64,000 nucleotides of DNA, from positions 40,283 to 104,282 of the forward strand of contig DASUIG010000029.1 of the NCBI GenBank assembly GCA_036273155.1, in the 5' to 3' direction. The DNA comes from Gaiellaceae bacterium. GTDB taxonomy: Bacteria > Actinomycetota > Thermoleophilia > Gaiellales > Gaiellaceae. The notes below the pieces were generated by a model. It made no database searches and was not told the DNA's origin. It worked only from the letters and a program-made list of their open reading frames with translations. Shown here piece by piece: positions 26,807-37,128 of the stretch. Made by a program: the position numbers and the translations under genes. Each line of letters opens with the position of its first letter. Positions within the stretch are counted from its first letter, which is position 1.

Positions 26807-27085
26807 CCACTGCTCGAAGTGCGCTTTCGGGCGGATTCCGACCATCGAGCCGACGGGCGCGCCGCCTGCGAACAGGATCACGGTCGGGATGGAGAGCACG
26901 TCGTACCGCGCGCCGACGGACGGGTGCTCGTCGACGTTCACGCGCGCGACGGGAACTGTCGCTTCGAGCTCGGCGAGGATCGGCTCCAGCGCCTTGCACG
27001 GCCGGCACCACGGGGCCCAGAAGTCGACGAGCAGCGGGTCGCCGGCGACCGCATCGTCGAAGCCGCCTGCGTCGAGCTCGCGCAT
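26762..27085 (-). CDS. trxA: Thioredoxin
   Basis: 'LVDFWAPWCRPCKALEP' and 'SIPTVILF'. The active site is WCRPC rather than WCGPC. Confidence 0.88.
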   Translation of the reverse strand: MRELDAGGFDDAVAGDPLLVDFWAPWCRPCKALEPILAELEATVPVARVNVDEHPSVGARYDVLSIPTVILFAGGAPVGSMVGIRPKAHFEQWLAEVLPTAQRHIDA

Positions 27086-27798
27086 CAGAACTCGCCTCTC
27101 AACGCCGCGAACCGTAGCGCCGGCACCTGCGTGACCGCTTCGAGGACGATGGATCGGCTCATCTTCGAACTGCCGGCCGTCCGGTCGGCGAACACGATGG
27201 GCACCTCGACGACCGCGAACCCGGCGCGGATCGTCCGGTAGGTCGTCTCGATCTGGAACGCGTATCCGCGAGCGCGGATCGCGTCGAGGTCGATGCGCTC
27301 GAGCACGCGCCGCCGGTAGCACTTGAATCCGCCCGTCAGGTCGCGGATGCCGACGCCGAGGAGCTTGCGTGCGTACCAGGACCCGCCCGTCGACACGAGA
27401 CGGCGTCCCAGGTTCCAGTTCTCGGTGCCGCCGCCCGGGACGTAGCGCGAGCCGAGCGCGAGGTCGGCGCCCGCCTCGCACGCGGCGATTAGGCGTGGCA
27501 CGTCCGCCGGATCGTGCGAGAAGTCGCAGTCCATCTCGAGGATGAGCTCCGCGCCGTCGGCGAGCGCGCGGCGGAAGCCGGCGATGTACGCGGGGCCGAG
27601 CCCCTCCTTCCGTTCCCGGTGGAGGACGGAGACGAAGCCGAGCTCGCCGGCGAGCCGGTCTGCGATCTCGCCGGTGCCGTCGGGTGAGTTGTCGTCGACG
27701 ACGAGCACGTGCAGGCCGAGCGGCTCGAGCGCGCGCAGCATGGGCTCGATGTTCGCCGCCTCGTTGTAGGTCGGCAGGCAGATCGTCGCGCTCGGCAC
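27085..27798 (-). CDS. GT2 polyprenol-phosphate mannosyltransferase-like glycosyltransferase
   Basis: 'ICLPTYNEAANI', 'VVDDNSPDGT' and 'MDCDFSHDP'. GTG start at 27798. Confidence 0.85.
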   Translation of the reverse strand: MPSATICLPTYNEAANIEPMLRALEPLGLHVLVVDDNSPDGTGEIADRLAGELGFVSVLHRERKEGLGPAYIAGFRRALADGAELILEMDCDFSHDPADVPRLIAACEAGADLALGSRYVPGGGTENWNLGRRLVSTGGSWYARKLLGVGIRDLTGGFKCYRRRVLERIDLDAIRARGYAFQIETTYRTIRAGFAVVEVPIVFADRTAGSSKMSRSIVLEAVTQVPALRFAALRGEF

Positions 27799-27815
27799 CC
27801 CGTCGGAGGCTACAT

Positions 27816-29543
27816 ATGATCGACCCCATAGCTGCCCTGCCTGGTAACGCCGAGGTCGCCGACCGCTTCGACCTGCTCGCCGACCTGCTGGAGCTCGAGG
27901 GCGCCGAGTCGTTCCGCGTCCTCGCCTACCGGCGCGCGGCCACGCGCATGCGCGAGACGTCGGCGTCGGTCGCGCAGCTCGCCCTCGCCGGCCGCGCGAA
28001 GGAGCTGCAGGGCATCGGCAAGACGATCGAGGAGAAGATCGTCCAGATCGTCGAGACGGGCGACATCGAGGCGCTCGCGAAGCGGCGCGCGCTCGTCCCT
28101 CCCGACGTGATCGCATTCATGCACCTCCCCGGCCTCGGCCCGAAGACCGCGGCGCGCATCTGGCGGGAGCTCGACGTGACGACGCTCGCCGGCCTGAAGG
28201 AGGCGGCGGAGACCGAGCGGCTGCGAACGCTGACCGGTCTCGGGCCGAAGAGCGAGGAGAAGATCCTCAAGGCGCTCGCGTTCCAGGCGGAGAACCCCGA
28301 CGAAGGCCGCAAGCTGCTCGGGGACGGGCTGCCCGCGGTGCTGGCGGCGGTCGCCGATCTGCGCGCGCATCCGGCCGCGGTGGCCGTCTCGGAGGCAGGC
28401 TCCGTGCGGCGGCGAAAGGAGACGTTCCGCGACCTCGACATCATCGCGACGGCCACCGAGCCGGCGGAGCTGACCTCGTACTTCACGCAGCTCGACTGGG
28501 TGGTCGAAGTCGCGGCGCACGGCGACACGAAGGCGACCGTCGTCTCACGCAACGGCCTGCGCTTCGACCTGCGCGTCGTTCCCCCCGAATCGTTCGGGAA
28601 CCTCCTGCAGCACTTCACCGGGTCGAAGCACCACAACGTCGCGATGCGCGAGGACGCCGTTCGGCGCGGGCTCTCGATCTCCGAGTACGGCGTCACCACG
28701 GTCGAGACGAGCGACGTGTTCGCGACCGAGGACGAAGAGGCGCTGTATGCGTTCCTCGGCTATCAGTTCATCCCGCCCGAGCTGCGCGAGAACGACGGCG
28801 AGCTCGACGCTGCGCGCCGCGGGGAGCTGCCCGAGCTCGTCGAGCTGTCCGACGTGCGCGGCGACCTGCACACGCACACGACCTGGTCTGCCGACGGGAA
28901 GAACACGCTCGAGGAGATGGTCGCGGCTGCCGCCGCGCGCGGCTACGAGTACTACGCGATCACGGATCACTCGCACTACCTCCGCGAAGGCCGCCTCGCC
29001 GCACAGCTCGAGGAGATCGAGCGCGTGCGGGAGACGTTTCCGAAGCTGCACGTCCTCGCCGGGGTGGAGGCGAACATCCGCGGGAACGGCGAAGTGGACG
29101 TCTCGGCGGAAGATCTCGCGCGGCTCGACTGGGTCGTGGCGTCGGTGCACCAGGCTCCGCACACGCGTCCCACGGAGCGCGTGCTGGAGGCGATGGAGAA
29201 TCCCTACGTCGACTGCATCGGCCATCTCACCGGCCGGCGCATCGGCAAGCGAGGCCCGCGTGACGTCGACGTCGAGCGTGTGATCGAGAAGGCGCTCGAG
29301 ACCGGCTGCGTGCTCGAGCTGAACGGGCAACCCGACCGCCTCGACCTGCGCGACGTCCATGCGCGGGCGGCGAAGGAGGCGGGCCTGAAGCTCGTCGTCA
29401 GCTCCGATGCGCACCGCATCAGCGCCCAGAGCTACGTCGAGCTTGCCGTCGGGCAGGCGCGACGCGGCTGGCTGACGAAGGACGACCTCCTCAACACGCG
29501 CACCTGGGCGCAGTTCCGCAAGCTGCGCCGGAAGCGCCCGTGA
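27816..29543 (+). CDS. polX: Family X DNA polymerase with C-terminal PHP domain
   Basis: HhH 'LQGIGKTIEEKI' and 'LPGLGPKTAARI', Pol-beta-like core, and PHP 'DLHTHTTWSADG'. Confidence 0.9.
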   Translation: MIDPIAALPGNAEVADRFDLLADLLELEGAESFRVLAYRRAATRMRETSASVAQLALAGRAKELQGIGKTIEEKIVQIVETGDIEALAKRRALVPPDVIAFMHLPGLGPKTAARIWRELDVTTLAGLKEAAETERLRTLTGLGPKSEEKILKALAFQAENPDEGRKLLGDGLPAVLAAVADLRAHPAAVAVSEAGSVRRRKETFRDLDIIATATEPAELTSYFTQLDWVVEVAAHGDTKATVVSRNGLRFDLRVVPPESFGNLLQHFTGSKHHNVAMREDAVRRGLSISEYGVTTVETSDVFATEDEEALYAFLGYQFIPPELRENDGELDAARRGELPELVELSDVRGDLHTHTTWSADGKNTLEEMVAAAAARGYEYYAITDHSHYLREGRLAAQLEEIERVRETFPKLHVLAGVEANIRGNGEVDVSAEDLARLDWVVASVHQAPHTRPTERVLEAMENPYVDCIGHLTGRRIGKRGPRDVDVERVIEKALETGCVLELNGQPDRLDLRDVHARAAKEAGLKLVVSSDAHRISAQSYVELAVGQARRGWLTKDDLLNTRTWAQFRKLRRKRP

Positions 29544-30826
29544 CGTTCCGCGAGGACGGGCACGCCGCCGTCGACTGGGCGGCGGACTACCTCGACCGGG
29601 TCGGCGACCTGCCTGTGCTGGCGCAGGTGCAGCCCGGCGAGCTGTCGGCGAAGCTGCCCTCCGCGGCGCCCGAGCAGGCCGAGCCGTTCGCGAGCGTCCT
29701 GCGCGACCTCGACGAGCTCATCGTCCCCGCGCTCACCAACTGGCAGCACCCGCGCTTCTTCGCGTACTTCGCCGTTACCGCATCCGAGCCGGGCATCCTC
29801 GCCGAGCTGCTCGCTGCGGCGATGCAGCAGGTCGCGCTCAACTGGCGGTCGTCCCCCGCGTCGACCGAGCTCGAGCTGCGCACGGTCGACTGGGTGCGGC
29901 AGCTGCTGGGCCTGCCGGAGGGCTGGCACGGCCACATCGAGGACACGGCCTCGACGGGGACGCTGGCTGCGCTCATCGCCGCGCGGCACGTGACGAAGCG
30001 GAACGCCGTCGTCTGCTCCGAGCACGCGCACTCCTCCGTCGAGAAGGCCGCGCGCTTGCTCGGCATGGAGCTGCGCAAGGTGCCGGCGGACGACGAGCTG
30101 CGCATGCGCGCCGGCGGGCTGGACTTCTCCGATGTCGCCGCCGTCGTCCCCACGGTCGGCACCACCTCGTTCGCCTCCGTCGACCCGGTGCGCGAGCTCG
30201 CCGAGCGCGCGCACGCGGCGGGTGCGTGGGTGCACGTGGACGCGGCGTACGCCGGGTCGTCCTGGATCCTCGACGAGGAGCGGTGGTCGCAGGACGGCGT
30301 CGAGCTCGCCGACTCGCTCGTGGTCAACCCGCACAAATGGCTGCTCGTCCCGGTCGATTGCTCGCTGCTCTGGACGTCGCGTCCGGACGAGTTCCGCGAG
30401 GCGTTCTCCCTGGTGCCGGAATACCTGCGCACGCCCGAGGACGCGTTCGCGCTCTCCGAGTACGGCCCGGCGCTCGGCCGCCGCTTCCGCTCGCTCAAGC
30501 TCTGGGCCGTGCTGCGCTGCTACGGCGCCGAGGGGCTGCGCGCGATCCAGCGCGAGCACATCCGACTGGCACGGTTGTTCGCGGACTGGGTCGAGGCCGA
30601 TCCCGATTGGGAGCTCGCGGCGCCGCTGCGCTTCTCGCTCGTCGTCTTCCGCCGCAACGGTACGGACGAGGAGAACGAGGCCATCCTGGAGCGCGCGAAC
30701 CGCAGCGGTGAGATCTTCCTCTCGCACACGCGGCTGAACGGCCGCTACGTGCTCAGGCTCGCAATCGGCAATGCGCGCACGACCGAGGAGGACGTGCGCC
30801 GCGCATGGGAGGTGTTGAACCGATGA
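29540..30826 (+). CDS. PLP-dependent group II (aromatic-amino-acid-type) decarboxylase
   Basis: 'NWQHPRFFAYF' and 'NPHKWLLVPVDCS' (PLP lysine). GTGA overlap with polX. Confidence 0.88.
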   Translation: MTFREDGHAAVDWAADYLDRVGDLPVLAQVQPGELSAKLPSAAPEQAEPFASVLRDLDELIVPALTNWQHPRFFAYFAVTASEPGILAELLAAAMQQVALNWRSSPASTELELRTVDWVRQLLGLPEGWHGHIEDTASTGTLAALIAARHVTKRNAVVCSEHAHSSVEKAARLLGMELRKVPADDELRMRAGGLDFSDVAAVVPTVGTTSFASVDPVRELAERAHAAGAWVHVDAAYAGSSWILDEERWSQDGVELADSLVVNPHKWLLVPVDCSLLWTSRPDEFREAFSLVPEYLRTPEDAFALSEYGPALGRRFRSLKLWAVLRCYGAEGLRAIQREHIRLARLFADWVEADPDWELAAPLRFSLVVFRRNGTDEENEAILERANRSGEIFLSHTRLNGRYVLRLAIGNARTTEEDVRRAWEVLNR

Positions 30827-31143
30827 TCGTCACGACGATGAACGACATTCCGGGCTACACGGTGGACGAGGTGTACGGCGAGGTGATGGGGCTGACCGTG
30901 CGCTCGCGCAACGTCGGCTCGCAGATCGGTGCGCAGCTGAAGTCGATCCTCGGCGGCGAGCTGAAGGGGATGACGAAGGCGCTCGTCGACAGCCGTCACG
31001 AGGTGATGGACCGCATGTCTCAGGAAGCGGAGGCCAAGGGCGCGAACGCGATCATCGCCATGCGCTTCGACACCTCGGAGATGGGGGCGAACTGGACCGA
31101 GATCTGCGCGTACGGCACTGCAGTGAGGGTCCACAAGGCCTAG
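30823..31143 (+). CDS. YbjQ/UPF0145 family protein
   Basis: 'MIVTTMNDIPGYTVDEVYGEV...AMRFDTSE'. ATGA overlap with the decarboxylase gene. Confidence 0.85.
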   Translation: MIVTTMNDIPGYTVDEVYGEVMGLTVRSRNVGSQIGAQLKSILGGELKGMTKALVDSRHEVMDRMSQEAEAKGANAIIAMRFDTSEMGANWTEICAYGTAVRVHKA

Positions 31144-31697
31144 CGGAGCGCGGCGAGCGCCGCGTCGTGCAGTGCGACGCGGTAGCGCCAGAAGGCACGG
31201 CCGGTCGCGAGCAGGCGCTCGCGTAACGGTCCGGCGAGCTCGTCCAGCGTGCCCCAGCGCGCCTCTGCGATCTCCAGCGGGTCGCCGACGGCGATCTCAG
31301 TGTCGGCCGTCTCGGCGAGGAACACGTGCGTGCGCCAGTGCAGCTCGCGGCCGGCGTTCGTGAACAGCGCCCGCGTGGCGACGAGATAGCGGCGCAACTC
31401 GACGTGCAGCCCGGTCTCCTCCAGCGCCTCGCGCACGGCGCCGGTGACGAACTCTTCGCCGGGATGGATGCCGCCGCCGGGCGGCCGCCACACGTCCTCG
31501 GCGAACTGCGGCTTGCGGATGAGCGCGAGGCGTCGTGCGGGATCGAGGATGAAGAGCGTCACGTCATGCGTGCGCACCGGGTTGTGCGTTGCGACGGCCC
31601 ACTCGATGTCGCTGATCTCGCCTTCCCAGGGCAGCTCGACCGGTGTGCCGAACGTCGCCCGCACGGGCGCGAGCACGGCGTCGTCGACGTGCGTCAC
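31140..31697 (-). CDS. NUDIX hydrolase
   Basis: Nudix box 'GGGIHPGEEFVTGAVREALEETGL'. Confidence 0.88.
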   Translation of the reverse strand: MTHVDDAVLAPVRATFGTPVELPWEGEISDIEWAVATHNPVRTHDVTLFILDPARRLALIRKPQFAEDVWRPPGGGIHPGEEFVTGAVREALEETGLHVELRRYLVATRALFTNAGRELHWRTHVFLAETADTEIAVGDPLEIAEARWGTLDELAGPLRERLLATGRAFWRYRVALHDAALAALR

Positions 31698-32404
31698 AGC
31701 GTCCGCAGCAGCTCGAGGAGCTCTTCGGTGCTTGCCACGACGACGTCGGCCTCGGCGCGCAGCTCGGGTGGCGATTCGTCCGCCGCGACGGCGACTCGGA
31801 CGGCGACGTCGAGACCGTCGAGCGCGCGGAACGCGTCGAGATCGGTGGTGTCGTCGCCGGCGACGAGCGCTCGCCGGAGGCCGGCGTCCGCGAGCAGCCG
31901 GCGCACGGCCGTGCCCTTGTTCGCGTCGAGCGGCGGGAGGACCTCGAGCACCTTGCGGCCAAAGGACGCCCGCAGGCCGACGGCCCGCGCGCGTCTAGCG
32001 ACATCCTCGAGCGCTGCTCTTGCCGCACCCGCGTCGCTTGCTACCCGGAAGTGAAAGGCGACCGTCAGGGTCTTTCTCTCCACGTCCGGCCATTCCACGG
32101 TCTGAGCGAATGCCTCGATCCTCTCGCGCCAGTCTTCCGCCTCCGGGTCGAGCTCGAGCCCGTGCGACCCGACGGCCACCACCCCTTCGACGCCGACACG
32201 GCGCCGCACGTCGTCGCCCGCCCGGCCGGAGACCACCGCGACGAGCGCGTACCGCGTGGCGAGCCGCTCGAGCTCGCGGCGTGCCTCTGCGGGTAGGCGG
32301 GCGTCGTCGGGCCGCTCCACGATCGGTGCGAGGACACCGTCGAAGTCGAGGAAGAGACCGGCCAGCTGCGGCTCGGCCGCGAGCCGCTCCAGCAATGCAG
32401 CCAT
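31694..32404 (-). CDS. otsB: Trehalose-phosphatase
   Basis: 'FLDFDGVLAPIV', 'VAVVSGR' and 'GDDTTD'. Confidence 0.85.
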   Translation of the reverse strand: MAALLERLAAEPQLAGLFLDFDGVLAPIVERPDDARLPAEARRELERLATRYALVAVVSGRAGDDVRRRVGVEGVVAVGSHGLELDPEAEDWRERIEAFAQTVEWPDVERKTLTVAFHFRVASDAGAARAALEDVARRARAVGLRASFGRKVLEVLPPLDANKGTAVRRLLADAGLRRALVAGDDTTDLDAFRALDGLDVAVRVAVAADESPPELRAEADVVVASTEELLELLRTL

Positions 32405-32421
32405 CGCTCTAGCATAGGCCG

Positions 32422-32766
32422 GTGCGCCTGATCCTGATCGGTCTGGCGGCCGGGTTCTTCAGCGCGCTCTTCGGGGTCGGCGGCGGCGTCATCATCGTCC
32501 CGCTGCTCCTGCTCGTCGCCCGGTTCGAACTCCGGTCGGCATCGGCGACCTCGCTCGCGGCCATCGGGCTCACCGCCACGGCCGGTGTCATCGCATACGT
32601 CTTCCACGGCGACGTGCAGGCGGACTACGCGGCGCTGCTCGGCGTTCCCGCCGCCGTCGGCGCACTCGGCGGCGCGTCGCTGCAGCAGCGCCTCCCGGTG
32701 CGCACGCTCTCGTACGCCTTCGCGCTCCTGCTCGTCGGCATCGCCATCGACCTGCTCGTGAAGTGA
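32422..32766 (+). CDS. TSUP (TauE/SafE) transporter, N-terminal half (114 aa)
   Basis: 'GLAAGFFSALFGVGGGVIIVPLL', about 4 TM helices. GTG start. Confidence 0.8.
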   Translation: MRLILIGLAAGFFSALFGVGGGVIIVPLLLLVARFELRSASATSLAAIGLTATAGVIAYVFHGDVQADYAALLGVPAAVGALGGASLQQRLPVRTLSYAFALLLVGIAIDLLVK

Positions 32767-33131
32767 CGTACGTCCTCGCGGTCGTGCTCGGGCTCGCCGC
32801 CGGCGTGCTTTCCGGCCTCTTCGGCGTCGGCGGCGGGATCCTGTTCGTCCCGACGCTGACGTGGCTCGGGCTCACGCAGCTGCACGCGGAGGCGACGTCG
32901 CTGCTCGCGATCATCCCCACCGTCATGGTGGGGGTGTGGCGCCAGCAGCGCTACGGCAACGTCGACTGGCGAGGCGCGCTCACGATCGGGCTCGCCTCGG
33001 TCGGAGCCGCCTTCGGCGGGGCTCGGCTGGCCGAGAGCGTCCCGGAGGCGACGCTCCGCCGCCTGTTCGCCGTCGTCCTCATCGCCACGGCAGCCCAGAT
33101 TGCGTGGCGTACTCGGCGGAAACGGCCATAA
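32763..33131 (+). CDS. TSUP (TauE/SafE) transporter, C-terminal half (122 aa)
   Basis: 'GLAAGVLSGLFGVGGGILFVPTL', about 4 TM helices. GTGA overlap with the first half. Confidence 0.8.
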   Translation: MTYVLAVVLGLAAGVLSGLFGVGGGILFVPTLTWLGLTQLHAEATSLLAIIPTVMVGVWRQQRYGNVDWRGALTIGLASVGAAFGGARLAESVPEATLRRLFAVVLIATAAQIAWRTRRKRP

Positions 33132-33139
33132 TCCGGCTC

Positions 33140-33532
33140 ATGGCCGACGTCGAGGACCTGTGGATCCCGCTCGTCGACGAGCCAATCGGCGGCATCGTGG
33201 AGCGGATCGAGCGCGAGAACGGGGACATCGCGGCGCTCATCGAGTCGCCGCACCGGCTTCTCGCCTTCCGGACGTTCGCCTACATCCGCTGCGGGATCCT
33301 CCTCGGCCGGCTCCTGTTCGACAACGACCTCCCCGAGTACGACGGATCGGAGAGCTGGATCGAGACGCTGATGCGCGACCCCGAGCACCGCGCCGCGCTC
33401 ACCGCCGAGGTGCGGGCGGTCGCCGAAGAGGTCGCGGCCGACCCGAAATACGACGACGAGGGCCCGCTCGGGCCCGACGAGGAGACGCGGGCGCGTTTCC
33501 GCGCGTTCGCGCGCGAGCATCTCGGCTCGTAG
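33140..33532 (+). CDS. Hypothetical acidic cytoplasmic protein (130 aa)
   Basis: High GC3. No TM helix or signal peptide. Its stop overlaps the next gene's GTG by 1 nt. No family recognised. Confidence 0.6.
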   Translation: MADVEDLWIPLVDEPIGGIVERIERENGDIAALIESPHRLLAFRTFAYIRCGILLGRLLFDNDLPEYDGSESWIETLMRDPEHRAALTAEVRAVAEEVAADPKYDDEGPLGPDEETRARFRAFAREHLGS

Positions 33533-34290
33533 TGTTTCGACTGACGGCGATCGTCCTCCTCGCCGCCGGAGCCCTGGCGCTCACGGCCGCCGCCCGCACG
33601 CCGCCGGCGATCCCGACCATCGTCGTGGCGCCCGGCGGGCTCTTCCCGAGCCTGCCGCCGACGATGAAGCCGCAGCTCGGCGAGACCGGCTACGCGTTCC
33701 CCGTGTACGGCGCGTCGGCGTTCGCCGACACGTTCGGCGCCGCCCGTCCGGACGTCGCGAGCGGCTGGCACCACGGGGACGACATCTTCGCCCCGCTCGG
33801 TGCGCCTGTCCTGGCCGTGGCGCACGGAGTCGTGTTCTCCGTCGGGTGGGAGCGCGTCGGCGGCTGGCGGCTGTGGCTGCGCGACGACCGCGGCAACGAT
33901 TTCTATTACGCGCACCTGTCCGCGTACTCGCCGCTCGCCGTGAACGGAGCGATCGTGAACGCCGGCGACGTCCTCGGCTTCGTCGGCGACAGCGGCGACG
34001 CGGAGGGGACGCCGTACCACCTGCACTTCGAGGTCCACCCGGTGGGGTTGCTCGACCGCGGCTATGACGGTGCCGTCGACCCGACGACGTACTTGCGCTC
34101 GTGGCGACGGATCAAGTTCCTGCGCTTCGAGGCCGGCGCCGACTGGACGCCGACGGTCCTCGCAGCAGGCGCGCCGAAGGCCGGCGCGGTCCTGCTGCAG
34201 AGCTCCGACATCTCGACGGCGAGCGGCCTCGCCCCGGCCTCGCTGGCCCGCGTCTTCAGCTCGTCGAGCCGTTCCCGCCCTGGTAGGTGA
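33532..34290 (+). CDS. Secreted M23-family metallopeptidase
   Basis: Signal peptide '[18 protein letters not shown]', 'WHHGDDIFA' (HxxxD) and 'PYHLHFEVH' (HxH). Confidence 0.88.
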   Translation: MFRLTAIVLLAAGALALTAAARTPPAIPTIVVAPGGLFPSLPPTMKPQLGETGYAFPVYGASAFADTFGAARPDVASGWHHGDDIFAPLGAPVLAVAHGVVFSVGWERVGGWRLWLRDDRGNDFYYAHLSAYSPLAVNGAIVNAGDVLGFVGDSGDAEGTPYHLHFEVHPVGLLDRGYDGAVDPTTYLRSWRRIKFLRFEAGADWTPTVLAAGAPKAGAVLLQSSDISTASGLAPASLARVFSSSSRSRPGR

Positions 34291-34684
34291 ATCCGTCCGT
34301 CTCGCCGAAGATCCGCTCGGAGATCCACTTGCGGATCTGCGGGCCGGTGAACGGGTTGAACACGAGCGCGAGCACGAGGCCGATGAACAGCAGCCCGGAG
34401 TTGCGGCTCTTGTGCTCCTGCTTCCCGCGCACGCGGTCTGCCGCCGTGCGCAGGTCGGCGACGGCCGAGCGCAGCTCGTCCTGGAGGTCCCTGTCGGTTG
34501 CGACGCGCTTCGCGACGCCGGTGACGCCGCGGTTGCCGATGAGCTCGTCGTAGATCGCGCGCGCGGACTCGTACGCGCTCCGCACGTTGTCGCGCAGCTC
34601 CGCGTCCTGCAGGGCGCGCTCGAAGTACGGTTTCACCGTCGCGGCCGCGTCCGAGACCTTGTCCGCTGTCTTGGGCATGGTCAA
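34256..34684 (-). CDS. Hypothetical helical protein with one C-terminal TM segment
   Basis: High GC3. TM '[12 protein letters not shown]'. The TTG (or ATG at 34678) start overlaps the lon stop. Confidence 0.6.
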   Translation of the reverse strand: MTMPKTADKVSDAAATVKPYFERALQDAELRDNVRSAYESARAIYDELIGNRGVTGVAKRVATDRDLQDELRSAVADLRTAADRVRGKQEHKSRNSGLLFIGLVLALVFNPFTGPQIRKWISERIFGETDGFTYQGGNGSTS

Positions 34685-37128
34685 GCGTTCCTTTCGTGTG
34701 TGGTCGACATCGATCCTACCCCTCCCGCTGTTTTCAACGCCCTGGGCGCATTGGCGGTTCGCGACCCGTTGAAGGCGACGTCGAGGACCTCCTCGATCGA
34801 GTCGACGAGGACGAATTCGACGTCACGCCGCGTCTCGGCCGGCAGCTCCTCGAGGTCGGCCTCGTTCTCGCGGGGGACGACGACCCGCCGGAGGCCGGCA
34901 CGTTGCGCCGCGAGCGCCTTCTCCCGCACGCCGCCGATGGGAAGCACCTGGCCGGTGAGCGTGAGCTCCCCCGTCATGCCGAGATCGTCGGCAACCGGCG
35001 TGTCGCGTACGAGCGACGCGATCGCCGTGGCCATCGTGATCCCGGCCGACGGCCCGTCCTTCGGCACCGCGCCGGCTGGGACGTGGAGATGGACGTCGTG
35101 GCCGGCGAACCAGTCCTCCGACAGCCCGAGCCGGCCCGAGTGCGAGCGCACCCAGGAGAGCGCGGCCTGCGCCGATTCCTGCATCACTTCGCCGAGCTGG
35201 CCGGTGATGGTCAGCCGGCCCTTGCCCGGATAGGCCTGCGCCTCGACGAAGAGGATGTCGCCGCCGGCTGCCGTGTACGCGAGCCCGGTGGCCACGCCCG
35301 CGTCGGCCGTTCGCCGCCGCGCTTCCCTGCTGAACTGCCGCGGCCCGAGCCACGAGCGCACGCGCCGCTCGGACACGGAGATCTTCCCCTCCTGGCCCTC
35401 GGCGACGAGTCGCGCGGCCTTCCGGCACAGGTCTGCGATGCGCCGCTCGAGGTTGCGCACGCCCGCCTCGCGCGTGTACTCGCGGACGACGAGCCGCAGC
35501 GTCCTGTCCGGGAGCGAGATGCGCTCGCGGACGAGGCCGTGCGCCTCGACCTGCTTGGGTACGAGGTATCGCTTGGCGATGCCGAGCTTCTCCTCCTCGG
35601 TGTACCCGGAGAGGGAGATCGTGTCCATCCGGTCGAGCAGCGGCGGAGGAATCGTGTCGACGGTGTTCGCGGTGCAGATGAACAGCACCTTGGACAGGTC
35701 GAACGGCAGGTCGAGGTAGTGGTCGCGGAACGTGCGGTTCTGCTCCGAGTCGAGCACCTCGAGCATCGCGCTCGCCGGATCGCCGCGGAAGTCGGCGCCC
35801 ATCTTGTCGATCTCGTCGATGAGCAGCACCGGGTTCGTCGACTCCGCGTCGCGGAGCGCGCGGATGATCGTCCCCGGCATCGCGCCGATGTACGTGCGGC
35901 GATGGCCGCGGATCTCGGCTTCGTCGCGCACGCCGCCGACGGAGAGGCGGACGAACTTCCGCTCGAGCGTGCGAGCGATCGACTGGCCGAGCGAGGTCTT
36001 GCCGACGCCGGGCGGGCCGACGAAGCAGAGGATCTGCCCGGACGGATCCTGCTTGAGCTTCGAGACGGCGAGGTGCTCGATGATCCGGTCCTTCACCTTT
36101 TCGAGGTCGTAGTGGTCCTCGTCCAGCACCTCGCGCGCGCGAGAGAGATCGAGGTTGTCGGTGGTCGTCACGCCCCATGGGAGGGTGGCGATCCAGTCGA
36201 GATACGTGCGGATGACTCCGTACTCCGCCGCGGCGGAGGGCAGCCGCTCGAGGCGTCCGAGCTCGCGCGTCGCCGCCTTCTCCACCTCCTCAGGCAGGTC
36301 GAGCGCGGCGATGCGCTCACGCAGCTCGTTCGTCTCTGCCTGTTCGGGATCCCCCTCGCCGAGCTCGTCCTGGATGGCCTTCAGCTGCTGGCGCAGGAAG
36401 AACTCGCGCTGTCCCTTCTCGAGCTCCGACTGGACCTGCGACTGGATCTTGCTGCCGAGCTCGACCATCTCGAGCTCGCGGTTGAGGATGACCGACACCT
36501 CGCGGAGACGCTCTCCGACGTCGACGAGCTCGAGCAGCTTCTGCTTCTCCACCGTCTTGAGGCGGATCGTGGACGCGACGAGGCTGCACAGTGCGCTCGG
36601 GTCGTCGACGTTGGCGGTCGCGACCTCCAGCTCCTCGGGTAGGTACGGAACGAGGCCGATGATCCGGCCGAACTGGTTCTGCACGTTGCGCGTCAGCGCC
36701 TCGAGCTCCTTCGACTCGTCCAGCCGGTCCGGCAGCTCCGACAGCCCGGCCACGAGGTAGGGGTCGTCGCTCACCTGCTGCTCGATGCGGACGCGGCGCA
36801 GGCCCTGCACGAGCACACGCAGCGTCCCGTCGGGCACGCGGAGCATCTTGTGCACGACCGCGGCGGTGCCCACGCCGTAGATGTCGTTCCATCCCGGCGC
36901 CTCCGCTTCGTCGTTCGAGACGGTGACGAGTGCGAGCAGGCGGTCGCCGGCGATGACGTCGTCGATGAGCGCAACGGAACGTTCCTGCCCGATCGCGAGC
37001 GGCGTCATCGACGCCGGGAATACGACTGTCTCCTTCAGCGGTAGGACCGGCAGCGACGACGGCAGCTCGTCGGCGAGCTCCTCCGCCAGCTTCTGCTCCT
37101 CCGCGCTGATGGTGACGATCTCGCTCAT
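34681..37128 (-). CDS. lon: ATP-dependent Lon protease
   Basis: N-terminal '[13 protein letters not shown]', Walker A 'GPPGVGKTS' and protease '[12 protein letters not shown]'. The start at 37128 is preferred over the long upstream extension. Confidence 0.93.
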   Translation of the reverse strand: MSEIVTISAEEQKLAEELADELPSSLPVLPLKETVVFPASMTPLAIGQERSVALIDDVIAGDRLLALVTVSNDEAEAPGWNDIYGVGTAAVVHKMLRVPDGTLRVLVQGLRRVRIEQQVSDDPYLVAGLSELPDRLDESKELEALTRNVQNQFGRIIGLVPYLPEELEVATANVDDPSALCSLVASTIRLKTVEKQKLLELVDVGERLREVSVILNRELEMVELGSKIQSQVQSELEKGQREFFLRQQLKAIQDELGEGDPEQAETNELRERIAALDLPEEVEKAATRELGRLERLPSAAAEYGVIRTYLDWIATLPWGVTTTDNLDLSRAREVLDEDHYDLEKVKDRIIEHLAVSKLKQDPSGQILCFVGPPGVGKTSLGQSIARTLERKFVRLSVGGVRDEAEIRGHRRTYIGAMPGTIIRALRDAESTNPVLLIDEIDKMGADFRGDPASAMLEVLDSEQNRTFRDHYLDLPFDLSKVLFICTANTVDTIPPPLLDRMDTISLSGYTEEEKLGIAKRYLVPKQVEAHGLVRERISLPDRTLRLVVREYTREAGVRNLERRIADLCRKAARLVAEGQEGKISVSERRVRSWLGPRQFSREARRRTADAGVATGLAYTAAGGDILFVEAQAYPGKGRLTITGQLGEVMQESAQAALSWVRSHSGRLGLSEDWFAGHDVHLHVPAGAVPKDGPSAGITMATAIASLVRDTPVADDLGMTGELTLTGQVLPIGGVREKALAAQRAGLRRVVVPRENEADLEELPAETRRDVEFVLVDSIEEVLDVAFNGSRTANAPRALKTAGGVGSMSTTHERNA

